A DNA stretch of 64,000 bases from Octopus vulgaris. Its lineage: Eukaryota. A program made the position numbers and the translations under genes. Within the stretch, counting starts at the first letter, position 1, and each line of letters begins with the position of its first letter. This document shows positions 51,743-64,000 of the stretch, in pieces. The notes under the pieces were generated by a model. That model saw only the letters and a list, made by a program, of their open reading frames with translations. It did not search any database and had not been told where the DNA came from. The DNA lies in NCBI GenBank assembly GCA_951406725.2, contig OX597817.1, positions 123,752,001 to 123,816,000 of the forward strand. Direction: 5' to 3'.

Positions 51743-53194
51743 TAAGGATATCAGATCTATTAAGAATTTATTTTGAATATAGGTTTGTTATTAATCTCCA
51801 TACACCAGTATGGCTTAGAATCATTCATCAAAATTCACTAGTGGAAATATATTGTCATCATGTATCAAACAGAATTCACCAATCATGAAATAAATATGAA
51901 TATATATTAATTCAAGTGAAGAAGCAGAAGACATCACACTTTCACATGAATGATAACTTTTAAGAATCGAAAGTCACTTTTCTTTTTAATTTGTCAATTT
52001 GAGATATAGAGCATTGCTTGGAATAATGTAATTTCTAAATTTAAAATTTTGTACACTTAATGAATATTTAAGAGACTCAGATACTTAGTTAACATTTTAA
52101 ATATACAGAAAATTTATTTCAGAAGTTTTGAAATAATAACATATCTATCATTTAAAACAATCATGTTTCATTATGAGGTTGCCAGCTATTTGTAAGTGCA
52201 GAAAAAATAACATATATGTTCAAATTATAATTCTTAAAATCATACACACACACACATGCATGCACATACGCACACACACATCAATTAAAGAATATGATGC
52301 CAGTGTCACCTGGCTAGCACGTAAAAAGCACCATTTGAGCATGGCTAATGCCAGTGCTGCTTGACTGGCTCCCATGTTGGTGGCACGCAAAAAGCATCTA
52401 CTACACTCTCAGAGTGGTTGACATTAGGAAGGGCATCCAACTGTAGAAACCTTGCCAAATAATATTGGAGCCTGGCTTACCAGTTCTGAGTCAAACAGTC
52501 CAACCCATGCCAGCTTAGAAAGTGGACATTAAATGACAATGATGATGATGTTGATGATATGGAAAGTATTCAGTGAATTATTTTTTATGTCATTAAAAGA
52601 GTTACCCACTAAAAATTCCCTATCTATCTCTCTACTTGTCTACCTTTATCATTTATTTGTTTCAGTCATTAGTCTGTGGCCATTTTGTATTGTAGCTACC
52701 TAGCAATGACTGGCTATAAGTGATTCATCATTAAGCAGCTAGATATATTTTAGAAAGAAAGAATGAACTGGCAAAACGTGTCCAAATATTTGAAGTCATT
52801 GTTGTTGTTATATGTAATAGAGCTGTCTTGAGGCCATGGTGGAAGCTAAGGGCAGCTACTTTGAATAAATTGTTATCTCCCAGTCAGCAATAATCTAGTT
52901 TTTTGATATTTTTTAATACTTTTTTGATGTTTTAAAATAATCTAGTGTTTTGATATTTTAAAATATTCTTATTTTTGGATGGAATGTTGTGTTTTCTTTT
53001 CTTTTTATGCAACTGTATATATCATTATCATCCTTCAACATCTGTTAGGCTATTTCTTCAATTAGTGGATAGTGTGGTAAGATCTCATATGACTTGTGAG
53101 TCTGGCTTTGTACAAACAGACCATAACTGCAGATGTACAATACATTTTTAGGCTGAAAAGTGTCTGGGATGGAGGTCAGGGCTTGTTTACAAAC

Positions 53195-53545
53195 TTACTT
53201 GTACTTGTGACGGCATTCCCCCAGGGCGGGTTGTGATGGCATTCCCCCAGGGCAGGTTGTGCCAGCTTCTTCTCTGTTCCTACCGGCATCACAAACCATG
53301 GTGGCCCATGCTCGACGGTCCAGTGTGAGGTCACTGGAGATAGCGAGCCATTCGTGGTTCCATCTGTGCAGACCGACCGCCTGCAGTCCTGAGAGTTCAG
53401 AGAGGTCCTCCTTTATCATCATTGCCCAGGTCTTCAGCTGCTCGCCCATGTGTGTGTGCCAGCTGGGAAGGTGGGGGAAGGACATCACAAATCAGCTCAC
53501 CCTCTGGACACCAGGCCGCATGACCGAACCACCTTAAGTGCCATT
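53195..53545 (-). mobile_element. RTE-clade LINE 3' end, second lineage, with CAAGTA-type tail
   Basis: GEQLKTWAMMIKEDL..LSG..RWNHEW..DRRAWATMVCDA..EAGTTCPG followed by ACAAGTACAAGTAAGT. Confidence 0.75.
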
Positions 53546-54200
53546 GTAGATCACTGCTTTTCAAAGAATTGATTTTCCTTCATCTGCTCCCTGTCTTCAA
53601 CATCCACACTACGAGCTTTAAGGTTGTTTTTGTTGACATTCCTAAAACGTTTCTTAGGTTTATATTTGAGATATTTACCACGTTGCAACTCCCCATAAAA
53701 CAACCACTTGTGTAACCTTCCACCATCCTAGTGCATCTGATTAAGTATAAGGAGCATATGATTAAACATGAGGAATATTTCAATACTCGATGAGTTGACT
53801 TGATGGACAACAGTATCTGATTATAGAGACTGCCATTTGATATTTAAGATATCTCTGGGGCCAACTTGGTGAAATCTTTACAAAGCTTTTGTGTGACAAT
53901 GATATATAATCCCATTCTAAGAAAGATATAAAGGGTAGTTAAGACACATAATTCATAGATGCTGAGCTTGATTTTTATGGTGATGCCTCTATCAGACCAT
54001 ATTATTGTTGAGGCTTACAGAGACACTGGGGCTTTTCCAATCATCAGATTTATTTCAGAACTAAGTGATCTATCTCTAAGGAAGATGGTAGCCAGGTAGT
54101 CTTGTACTCTGGATAAAGATTTTTGGTGCAACATGTTTTTATCTTTGAGACGTTTAATGGTCTAGTTCTTGTTTTCATTAAACCAGTATTGTTTTCTATT
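53545..54200 (-). mobile_element. Possible very old R4/Dong N-terminal fragment
   Basis: Only weak, broken similarity (KQ.LKAR..., TTWLPS) to the region upstream of RT in Dong-type ORFs. Confidence 0.3.
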
Positions 54201-54428
54201 TCTGAGCCCAAGAACTTTAATTCCAAAATAGTAGACTTCAGTCTTAGACTGAACTCGAGTTTCATCAAATTCTACTTCCTTAACAGCTTTTTGAAGATTC
54301 TCACTGTACCTCAGCATACTTTAATTTCAGTAGATCCTTAGATTTTCAAAATATCTTGTATATTTTTGTAAGTTGTTGAAAAAATTACCCAGTAACTATA
54401 TTCTGCCTGTTTATATATATATATATAA

Positions 54429-54557
<129 letters not shown>

Positions 54558-55470
54558 AACAAGTGGAATATAGTTATTAGTAGCTTTTTCAATAACTTAT
54601 AAAAATAAATTAATGAATAATTTTGATCCATATTAAAATTCTTTAATTATAAAGTGTATTTTGTTATTTCAAGAATTAGAATTTTAGCAAGGAATTTATA
54701 TATGTCTACATTTACAAGCTGCAGGTAACTATATATTTAAAACACATATGTAATTACTTTTACATTCATGTTTCCATGGGGGATAGATGAATTGTTATGT
54801 ACCAAATCAGTTTTTATTTGGAGTTGGCGGGCCAAGAAGTATGTCTTGCTCCTACATTAGATTTTGGACATACTTTGCAATGACTGAATCCACTTACTCT
54901 CACTCAGCACTTACAAAGGGACAAAATGCATTTTGTTATGTTTCTCACACTATAGTGGTTGTTATATCTATGGCAACACTGAAGAACACTTCTCTATTTA
55001 TTCAACAACTTAACAGAGTGTACTGGGTCCATTTTATGGTGGCATCAGAGCTAGAGTGGTTGTCTTACATCCAGCAAGTGAACTCATTTCCTTTCTTCGC
55101 TTTTGTAAAACTGTTCCTCAGTATTAGAGAGTTGTTTAGTTCCCAAAAACTAAAATAGAAAGTAACGAAGGAGGAGCAATGCAAAAGTATGATAGAAGCA
55201 AGCATAAAAATAAGTAATTACAAGAATAACAAGAAGAAAGTGGTTGAATGGGGACTAAGACAGATAGAGAGCGGGGTCTGTGTAATGTTCTTTTCTGCAC
55301 CATTACATTTTATACATGAATATTATACAATCTTTTTTATTCTACAGAGGTAACAGCTTTCTCAAATATTTCCATCCTGTTCCTATCCTGCCAAATATAT
55401 TTTCAGAGAACACATTTTCACCGAGACAAACGCTTATATACATACATACATATATGCATACAAACATCTA

Positions 55471-55501
<31 letters not shown>

Positions 55502-55543
55502 GCTTATATGCGTGTGTGTGTATATATATATATATATGTACAT

Positions 55544-55582
<39 letters not shown>

Positions 55583-57046
55583 CATATATATGTATGTGTG
55601 CATATATGCATGTATCTATGTATCTACGTGTGTATGTATGCATGTATATGTAAGAGAGTGAGAGAGATTACATGCTTATATGCATGTGTGTATATATGTA
55701 CATAAACACACACACACACACACACACACACATGCATATATATGTATGTGTGCATGTATTCATGCATGTATCAATGTATCTATGAGTGTATGTATGCATG
55801 TGTATGTAAGAGAGTGAGAGAGATTACAGTATTCGTTAATTAGCAGATGATTATCTATAATACCTAATTTGAGAAGACATAGCAACTAGTTAATATTGAT
55901 AGTTTCCACAGAGGTTAATACTGATTGGAAATATTATCAATCATAAAGACTCAAACAAAACTGATTAATTATTTTTTTAACCTGTGAAAATCATTTAATT
56001 GACAGGAATATTCATGAGAAAAACAAAACTGTGCAAATGCATTTTTCTTAGCAATTGCTGTTTGTATTTACTTAGCAGTCTCAGATCAGCTCTTCCTAAA
56101 CTGATTTATAATCAAAAGTATTCCACCCTTAATCATCCCATCTTTTTGTAGCCTATATGCAAGACTGTGTTAACCAAGTTTAGTAAGTATAAATTTTGCA
56201 TGAAATTTCTTTTTTTTTCCCCCATTCTTAGCATAAAATATAAAGGTTGCAGCTTTGCAGAATAGAGAACCATTTGTAAATGACCTAAAATCAATTCCCA
56301 TAACACAGACATATAATACTAAGAAACAATTAGATTTGTTCACAACATTCTCACATGAGATAATAATGTGTTGTCATCTAACCATTTATTATCAACTAAC
56401 ATCACAGTTTCCTCAAGAACTAGGTGGCTGCTAAGTTTTAAATAATGAAGGCATGAATAAAAGAATCAGAATTTTGTAAGAGTGTATATTCCTGGTGTAA
56501 CAATAATACATCTTCACACTGTTTCTAACAAATACACATTGTAAGTACTGTTCCAAAGTATAGTATACTATTACTGAAACTTGTGACATTTCTATTATAA
56601 AGCTATATACAAGTTAGTCTTATAAATATTCAACGTAATAGCTTTCACTTCCCATGCTACAGTGTTACACCAGTGGAATTTAAATAGGTTATCTTGGGTA
56701 ATAAATTATGTGTAAATCTCAAATTTGCTTGCTTTTTCACGTAAATTTTAATTTCAAAGAAAAAAGTATTCTAAAGTTATCTACATTACGTAGGTAATGG
56801 TTTCTAAATTCGAAGCAGGATCACATTTGATATTTTAATATTATACTGTTGTGAGGTTGTGAGCTGGCTGAATTATGATGGTGCAAAGCAAAATGATTAG
56901 TAACATTTCGTTCATCTTTATGTTCTAAGTTCAAATTCATCATTTTGGGGTCGATAAAATTCATACAAATTGAACACTGGAATTGATGTAATCAACTTAT
57001 CCCCTTTCCTAAAATTCTTGGCCTTTGTGCCAAAATTTGAAACACG

Positions 57047-57460
57047 TACTCTTTTACTCTTTTACTTGTTTCAATCATTTGACTGAGGCCACGCTGGAGC
57101 ACTGCCTTTAGTCGAGCAAATCGTTCCCAGGACTTATTCTTTGTAAGCCTAGTACTTATTCTATTGGTCTCTTTTGCTGAACTGCTAAGTTACGGGGACA
57201 TAAACACACCAGCATCAGTTGTCAATCGATGTTGGGGGAACAAACACAGACACACAAACATATATGCACACACATACATATATACACACATATATATATG
57301 ATGAGCTTCTTTCAGTTTCCGTCTACCAAATCCACTCACAAGGCTTTGGTCAGCCCGAGGCTATAGTAGAAGACTTTTGCCCAAGGTGCCATGCAGTGAG
57401 ACTGAACCCAGAACTATGTGGTTGTTAAGCAAGCCACTTACCACTCAGCCACTCCTACAT
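57047..57460 (-). mobile_element. SINE family A
   Basis: Same sequence as other family A copies. Confidence 0.9.
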
Positions 57461-57706
57461 GTATATCAAATTGCTGTTATTTACCTTCACATCAACTCTG
57501 ATAGAGCAAACCTAAGATTAAAGGCATTCCAGGTGTGACCATTATGTCTTTTCCCAAGGTACATTGAAGAGCTATATTATCCAGTGTGTCTTTCTTAAGG
57601 TTCAGTTATTTTCTTGTAGAATGGTGGCAATCTAATCAGTTGAATTAATACCTGCATCTATAATGTAATAATCATCAACATCATTTTATATAGATTTTTT
57701 ATGCAT

Positions 57707-58127
57707 AGGTGTAGGAGTGGCTGTGTGGTAAGTAGCTTGCTTACGAACCACATGGTTCCGGGTTCAGTCCCACTGTGTGTCACCTTGGGCTGGCAAGTAT
57801 CTTCTGCTATAGACTCGGGCCGACCAAAGCCATGTGAGTGGATTTGGTAGACAGAAACTGAAAGAAGCCCATCGATTATATGTGTATATATATATATATA
57901 TATGCTTGTGTATGTATATGTTTGTATGTCTGTGTTTGTCCCCCCAACATCACTTGACAACCAATGCTGGTGTGTTTATGTCCCGTAACCTAGCAGTTTG
58001 GCAAAAGAGACCGATAGAATAAGTACTAGGCTTACAAAGAATAAGTCCTGGGGTCAATTTGCTCAATCGACTAAAGGTGGTGCTCCAGCATGGCCACAGT
58101 CAAATGACTGAAACAAGTAAAAGAGTA
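57707..58127 (+). mobile_element. SINE family A
   Basis: AGGTGTAGGAGTGGCTGTGTGGTAAG..GGTTCAGTCCC head; AAGTAAAAGAGTA tail. Confidence 0.9.
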
Positions 58128-58885
58128 TGCTTGGATTAGCAGGTCATTTTGAAAGTAGCATTCAATCATTTTTTTAATCCCCTCAGACCTGGCTCCTGTG
58201 TCTAATTTTTCCCTCCACCTAGGTTCCTGAGAAGAAAAAAACAAAAAACAAAAAAAATAATAATTGCATATACTTCTCAAAGGTAGCAATAGCAGGCAAG
58301 CTAATGAACATAGTGGCAAAACAATTCTCTTAACTGCCATGTTTGCTGGGTATACTAAAGGACAGAATCACAAAATTTCAGGAGGATAACAATAATAAGC
58401 CTCCCTCTCTCAACTACTGTATATGTTAGGCAAACTAAGGAGCATAATCACAAAAATATTCAGGAGAATAATGATAATAGGCCCATCTTTCAACTATTAT
58501 ATTTGATCACCCATATCGCTAATTTTCTTATCACTTTCACCCATTTGATTGTCCAAATCACTTTCTTTGACAGGGTAAGTGTAAACTCTTCCTCTGAAGA
58601 ATTATACATTGCCATTAATTTCCTCGAATGCAAAGAGTCTAGGCCTTGCTCATTTACAAGACGAGGTGCTGGGTTCATGACATGCCTGTTTCATCACAAA
58701 ATTCTTTTGTTTTCAATCAAAAACAAAAGTATACAGCATTTATGGGTAACACCATTAATAACAGGTCGCAAACACACTTCACTACAAAGCTGCATTGCAA
58801 TCAGTTGTCTAATTTCATTATTTTATCTTCATTTTCTACATGTGTTGTTCATTACCGCTTTAGCAGGAATCCAGCAGAGGCGACA

Positions 58886-59097
58886 TTTACTCTTTTACTC
58901 TTTTACTCTTATACTTGTTTCAGTCATTTGACTGCGGCCATGCTGGAGCACCGCCTTTTGTCGAGCAAATTGACCCCGGGACTTATTCTTTGTAAGCCCA
59001 GTACTTATTCTATCGGTCTCTTTTGCCGAACCGCTAAGTTACGAGGACGTAAACACATCAGCATCGGTTGTGAAGCGATGTTGGGGGGACAAACACA

Positions 59098-59147
<50 letters not shown>

Positions 59148-59319
59148 CATATATACGACAGGCTTCTTTCAGTTTCCGTCTACCAATTCCACTCACAAGG
59201 CTTTGGTCGGCCCGAGGCTACAGTAGAAGACACTTGCCCAAAGTGCCATGCAGTGGGACTGAACCCGGAAACATGTGGTTGGTAAACAAGCTACTTACCA
59301 CACAGCCACTCCTGCACCT
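58886..59319 (-). mobile_element. SINE family A (CpG-rich, young-looking copy)
   Basis: Full head and tail with repeated TTTTACTC units. Confidence 0.9.
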
Positions 59320-60039
59320 TTAAGCTATTTCCACTATAATGTGAACACAGCATGATGGTTAAAATGCCTAGTTATCTCTTTCAGATTCTAGAGATCAGTC
59401 TTTACCAATTTTTCCAACATCTTCTATCTTTCTCTTTTGCTGGCTCTTGTCATTTCAGTTGTTTGACCCAGCTATTATCATATATAACCTGTACCTCTTC
59501 CAGAAATTTTCTCACTGGCAAATAGCTGATTTCTTTGATATCTATTTTCTCCTTAATTTCAACTGTGCTTCTTTATTCATACCTAATAAAATTAGAGATT
59601 CAGAGAAATATGTGTGCCACATTTCATTCCAGTCCTCATATATTCACTACATTCAATGTCTGTGTTTCATTAACAAGGAATATTTCACCTCTTACACAAG
59701 CGTCACACTGTTTGACCTTATCTCAAAAAGAGAAACCTCTTGATGACAACAGAGGCACTAGCTCCAGAAAACTTTTCTACCTAGACTTTAGTTTTACACT
59801 GACTGACAAACACACACACACGCATGAGAGGTGTACAGTTTGGATTAGTTGGGGTGTTAAGGTCTGTGTCGGCTTGTAGTCAGAGATACTACCTTTCTAG
59901 GCAAGGTCAAGAACCATGTCTTACATATAGATGTTAGTTTGGCATGGTTTCTACATTCGGATATTTTTCCTAACTCCAGCTATTTTCTAGAATGTACTAG
60001 ATGTGTTTTATAGAGTTACCAGTTCATGTCTTTCACAAG

Positions 60040-61000
60040 GCAAGACTAAAGGTTTCTTGTAGCTCAATAATGTTTGCTCTACCCTACAATGTCAAAGATC
60101 TTCACCAGGTTTGTTGAATGTTATGTGTAGTGGTTTACTACAGTTGTTTCACTAGGAATATGGCAACATTGGTTTGTCTTTTTGGTATAGTCTAACATTT
60201 CATCCAGGTTAATTCTGTTCCTAAGCAATTTTGCAATAACTCTTTCAATTATTTTCTCAACAATCTGATGTCTTTGTAGTTACCTCTTTCTCATGCGCCT
60301 TCTTTGTCTTTGTAATAGCTTGCAATGAAATTTCTACATTAGTCATTGGATATGATGCATTACTGAATATTTGAATAGTTAGCCCATACCATACTTTTCA
60401 TCTCAGCAATTATGAACCAGCTGCCTTTATGATTCTAACTATAGTATATTTCTACCAGTACATCATCTTATATCTAGTTGGGATCTTGAACCAGACACAT
60501 CTAATCAGTAGCTTTCAACATATTAAGTCACAAAATTCAAGTTTTCCTCTATGTTATAAATCTTTATCCTTTCTTTCCTTCTAACATAAGCATCTATTAA
60601 AACTTCCTCGAATCTAAAATCAGACAAGATTCTTTCAGCATCTATATTTTTCTTCTCATACGTTAAGCTCCAACTCCAAGTCCTTATTCACTAATCTGAG
60701 TTGGAGAGTACGTTTTCCTAGACCTGTTGATACAATTTTTAACCAGCCATACAACGACTGAATATTTACAACGATCTGCCTACCGTCTTTCCTTGAAGGA
60801 ATAAAGTCAATTTGGATTGTGTGATAAATGGATTTGTTTGGGTTCTACATTTACCTAAATGGTAGGTGATTAGATGGCTGGCTGGTTGATTTCCAGAAAT
60901 TCCAATTGCAGGTAATTAGGTCATTTACATCACAGAACTCCAGGGGATTTGATCTCACAATTTCTATGTCATACCCATAGCATTCGTCTACTTTGGTTAC
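60040..61000 (-). mobile_element. Decayed RTE LINE fragment (endonuclease end to RT start)
   Basis: Minus strand pieces QIDFIPSRKD and GNYKDIRLL..IIERVIAKLLRNRINLDEM. Confidence 0.6.
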
Positions 61001-61344
61001 AGCAGGAGTTATATTAATTGGGTTTTGGGTTTTTTTTTTATGATAAATATAATTCCTATATATTATTATTTAGATGTAAGTATAATAGATATGAAGATAA
61101 TGGAGAAATACCAGAAAAGCTATGACGGTGCTGAACAATATGTCCAGTAAATTTGCCTGCTTGATAATAAGGTTACCTTCTTTTCTTGCAGAGGTGGTCT
61201 ACTGGCAAGCCATATAAAAGCAGTTCTGTTGTCCACCTGCCAACCTTCTGTGGTGCTTTGTGCAAAGATAAATGTTGCTGTTATTTTGTCTTTAGCTGAT
61301 CTAAGCTTATTTATTATATCACATACTCTGGCTACTTCAGTTCA

Positions 61345-61666
61345 AATAGGAACAACTCATGACCACCAACTCAACACTGCCAACTCAACACCACCGACTC
61401 AACACCAGAATAATTCAACACCAAGGCAACTCAACACCAAGAAAATTGATTAATAAATAATTTATTCGTTTTGTAACATTATCAGAAATTTATAGAAATA
61501 TTAATCTTAATACATGGCTTGTATAAAAAAAAAGCAGATCTTTTAAAATTCAAAACATTATCAAAAATTTATAAATAAAAAGATTAATCTTAATACTTGG
61601 CTTGAATTAAAAAAAAGCCAGAACTTTTAAAATTCGAATAAAATAAAGGATATAATTATATGTGTG

Positions 61667-61710
<44 letters not shown>

Positions 61711-62380
61711 TGCACATTCCAGAACAATGGTTTTTTTGCTTCACGATTGGTCCAAGCTTCTTCAATTTGGCAGTTTGTCACAATCATTTATTGGTCATAA
61801 CAGCCTATTTAGCTGGTGTCAAAGGTATTTAGATTGCTCAAAACCATTCTAAGAAGGAATACCAAGAATTCATATTTCTCTAACAATATTGGCAGTCATA
61901 GCTCTTGAGATAGACATTAAGGTGTAGAAGTTTTGAAAGTTGGATTCATGAATATATATATTCAAATTTTTCATCACACCCAAAATGGAAATTCTTAACC
62001 AAAGAGGAAAAGAAAAAATTGCACACAAAGTATATGAAGGCAGATGATAGAACTCTGCCTATTGTTTCATCTTTTTCAGAACGATCTCCCACAGAATATT
62101 TGAAGGGAATTGCATACAACTTTCAATAAATTTCTCATTTAAATTTTAGCCTTGTATTAAAAATGTATAGTTTTTCAATTACTTTTATTTGAATTTTAAA
62201 ACTTATGTCATGTATTAAATTAATCCTTTATAAATGCCTGATAATGCTATAAAATGAATAAAGTCATAAAACAAATAAATTATTTGATAATCAATTTTCC
62301 TTGTGTTGAGTTGTCCGGGTAATGAGTTGGCAGTGTTGAGTCAGCATTGTTAAGTTGGCAATGTTGAGTTGTCCTGCTCC
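61345..62380 (+). mobile_element. Non-autonomous Mutator-like (MULE) element with repeat-built TIRs
   Basis: Left arrays of CAACTCAACAC and right arrays of GTGTTGAGTTG, both adjoining GAAAATTGATTA..AAATAATTTA; internal C-terminal remnant KYMKADDRTLPIVSSFSERSPTEYLKGIAYNFQ*. Confidence 0.65.
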
Positions 62381-63219
62381 CACCTCAGTTACCTTATCAA
62401 TCCATTTTTCTGCTAATAATATGCCAAGTCTACCAAATTTAACATTATTAACTACCCAAGAGAATTTATACTTTTGATATTTGGCTATGAAAAGATAATC
62501 TTAATCCTTAAACAAAGCAAATCCTCATACCTACATTCCAGCAATTCCAGTCTTTCTTGACAGACTCTTTTCAACAATAATAACAGTAAACCTAAATTCT
62601 TTACCTTAATATAAAGATGATGGCTTAATGGTGGTGACAACGAGATATAGGGGAATTTGACTTGTTTTTTTCTCTTACTTGTTCTTCCCAACCTCTGTAT
62701 ATGTGTATACACATGCACAATCACTCACATACACACACACACAATTACACACATGCATGCAGTACAAATATGCAGAAAATATATATATATATAATACATG
62801 TATGTGTTATGTGTACAAACACACACACACACACACAAACACAAACACACATATATGTATATACTTGCATATAGTTGTCTAAAAATATGCAGTCATATAA
62901 TGATTAAGAGTGGGTGTATTATCCTTAATAAATTACAATATCATAATCTTAAAACAGCCAACTGTGAAGGTATCTGACACAATGGTTAGAGTGTTGAACT
63001 CAGAATCACGAGATCATGGTTTTGATTTCTGGACAAGGTGGAGCATTGTATTCTTGAATAAGATACTTCAATTCCTGTTGTTCAAATCTGCTCAGCTCTA
63101 CATGAGTAACCCTGTGAGCAACTAGCATCTGCTTAGGGGAGAATATTGTGATCTTTGTCACTTTCATGCCATGGAAAGTGGATAACCAAGCCTACGAATT
63201 CTAGGTCTGAAGATAGTTT

Positions 63220-63690
63220 CATCATCATCATCATCATCGCTTAATGTCCATTTTCCATACTAGCATGGGTTGGATAGTTAGACCGGGGTCTTGGAAGCCA
63301 GGAGGCTGCACCAAGCTCCAGTCTGATCTGGCTGTGTTTCTACAGCTGGATGCCCTTCCTAACACCAACCACTCTGTGAGTGTAGTGAGTGCTTTTTACG
63401 TGCCACCGGCACAGGGGCCAGAGGAGGCTGGTAAACAGCTATGATTGGTTGGTGCTTTTTACGTGTCACCAACACGGACGCCAGTCAGGCGGTGCTGGCA
63501 TTGGCCACATTCGGATGGTGCTTTTTACGTGCCACCAGCACAGGTATCATAACTACAATTTCCATTTGATTTTTACCTTGATGTTGGTGTTGATGTACTT
63601 AACTCAGTTGGTCTCCTCAAGCACAGCAGGTCACTCTACAATCCAAGGTTAGTACAGCAGGCCGTCCTGCGAGCCATGAACTCACTTCAA
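63220..63690 (-). mobile_element. RTE 3'-UTR-type repeat with (GAT)n tail
   Basis: Same family as 41438-41790; its distal end (GCTGTGCTTGAG..TGAGTTAAGT) matches the 3' UTR of the RTE at 3068-3180. Confidence 0.75.
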
Positions 63691-64000
63691 CCGATTTACC
63701 AATAAGTTTCATAGCAGGACTTGAAACACGCCTTGCATACAACAGTAAAGGTTGATAGGAATTGTATAGCACCAGATTCCTTAGCACTGAAATTCTGAAA
63801 GCATCACAGATGGATTGCAGGTTTTATGGCTGTAGTAAAAAGAAAAAAAGTGGAGTTAGGTCAAAAACGATGGAAATAAAATACATTTAGTTCATTAGAG
63901 TTTATGCCTCTTGGAATGATATAAAAAATGACTACCACGGTATAGAGTGAGAATGATATCAAAAATGATTACCATGGTATAGATGCTGGGGTGGGGAGTG

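Noticed and set aside
55510-55828. ~155 bp tandem duplication
   Set aside because: Local duplication of low-complexity sequence; no sign of function.
57707-57780. tRNA gene
   Set aside because: A/B boxes belong to a SINE head; no cloverleaf or terminator.
58646-59323. 225 aa ORF and similar ORFs at 12.6k, 50.0k and 57.2k
   Set aside because: Runs antisense through a family A SINE; the recurring peptide reflects the repeat.
61367-61440. Regular short repeats resembling a CRISPR array
   Set aside because: No unique spacers, mirrored at 62303-62374 as TIRs, eukaryotic context.

Overview
AT-rich, microsatellite-dense eukaryotic DNA with no recognisable host exon; it is intronic or intergenic. 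The SINE/LINE families look like those of octopus (coleoid cephalopod), which is an inference from recalled repeat types and not a database result. Almost all real coding signal is transposon-derived: (i) four or five R4/Dong-type RLE retrotransposon pieces, three stacked in one (TAA)n cluster, one nearly intact (8.8-11.7 kb); (ii) a ~5 kb decayed Helitron on the minus strand with both ends visible and an internal inverted repeat; (iii) a young Neptune-type Penelope-like element (RT + GIY-YIG) with ~755 bp direct pseudo-LTRs ending in (TA)n; (iv) a complete DD37D (maT) Tc1/mariner element; (v) RTE, Tx1/L1, MULE, piggyBac-type MITE, solo-LTR and tRNA-SINE remnants. The most interesting layer is self-cleaving RNA motifs. 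Both pseudo-LTRs carry a minimal hammerhead with a non-canonical CUGUUGA core; several (TA)n-flanked foldback elements carry hammerhead cores with palindromic stem III; and an RTE 5' end folds as an HDV-like pseudoknot. Different retroelement classes also occupy different microsatellites (TAA, TA, GATA). All calls were made by eye; ends of decayed elements are approximate.
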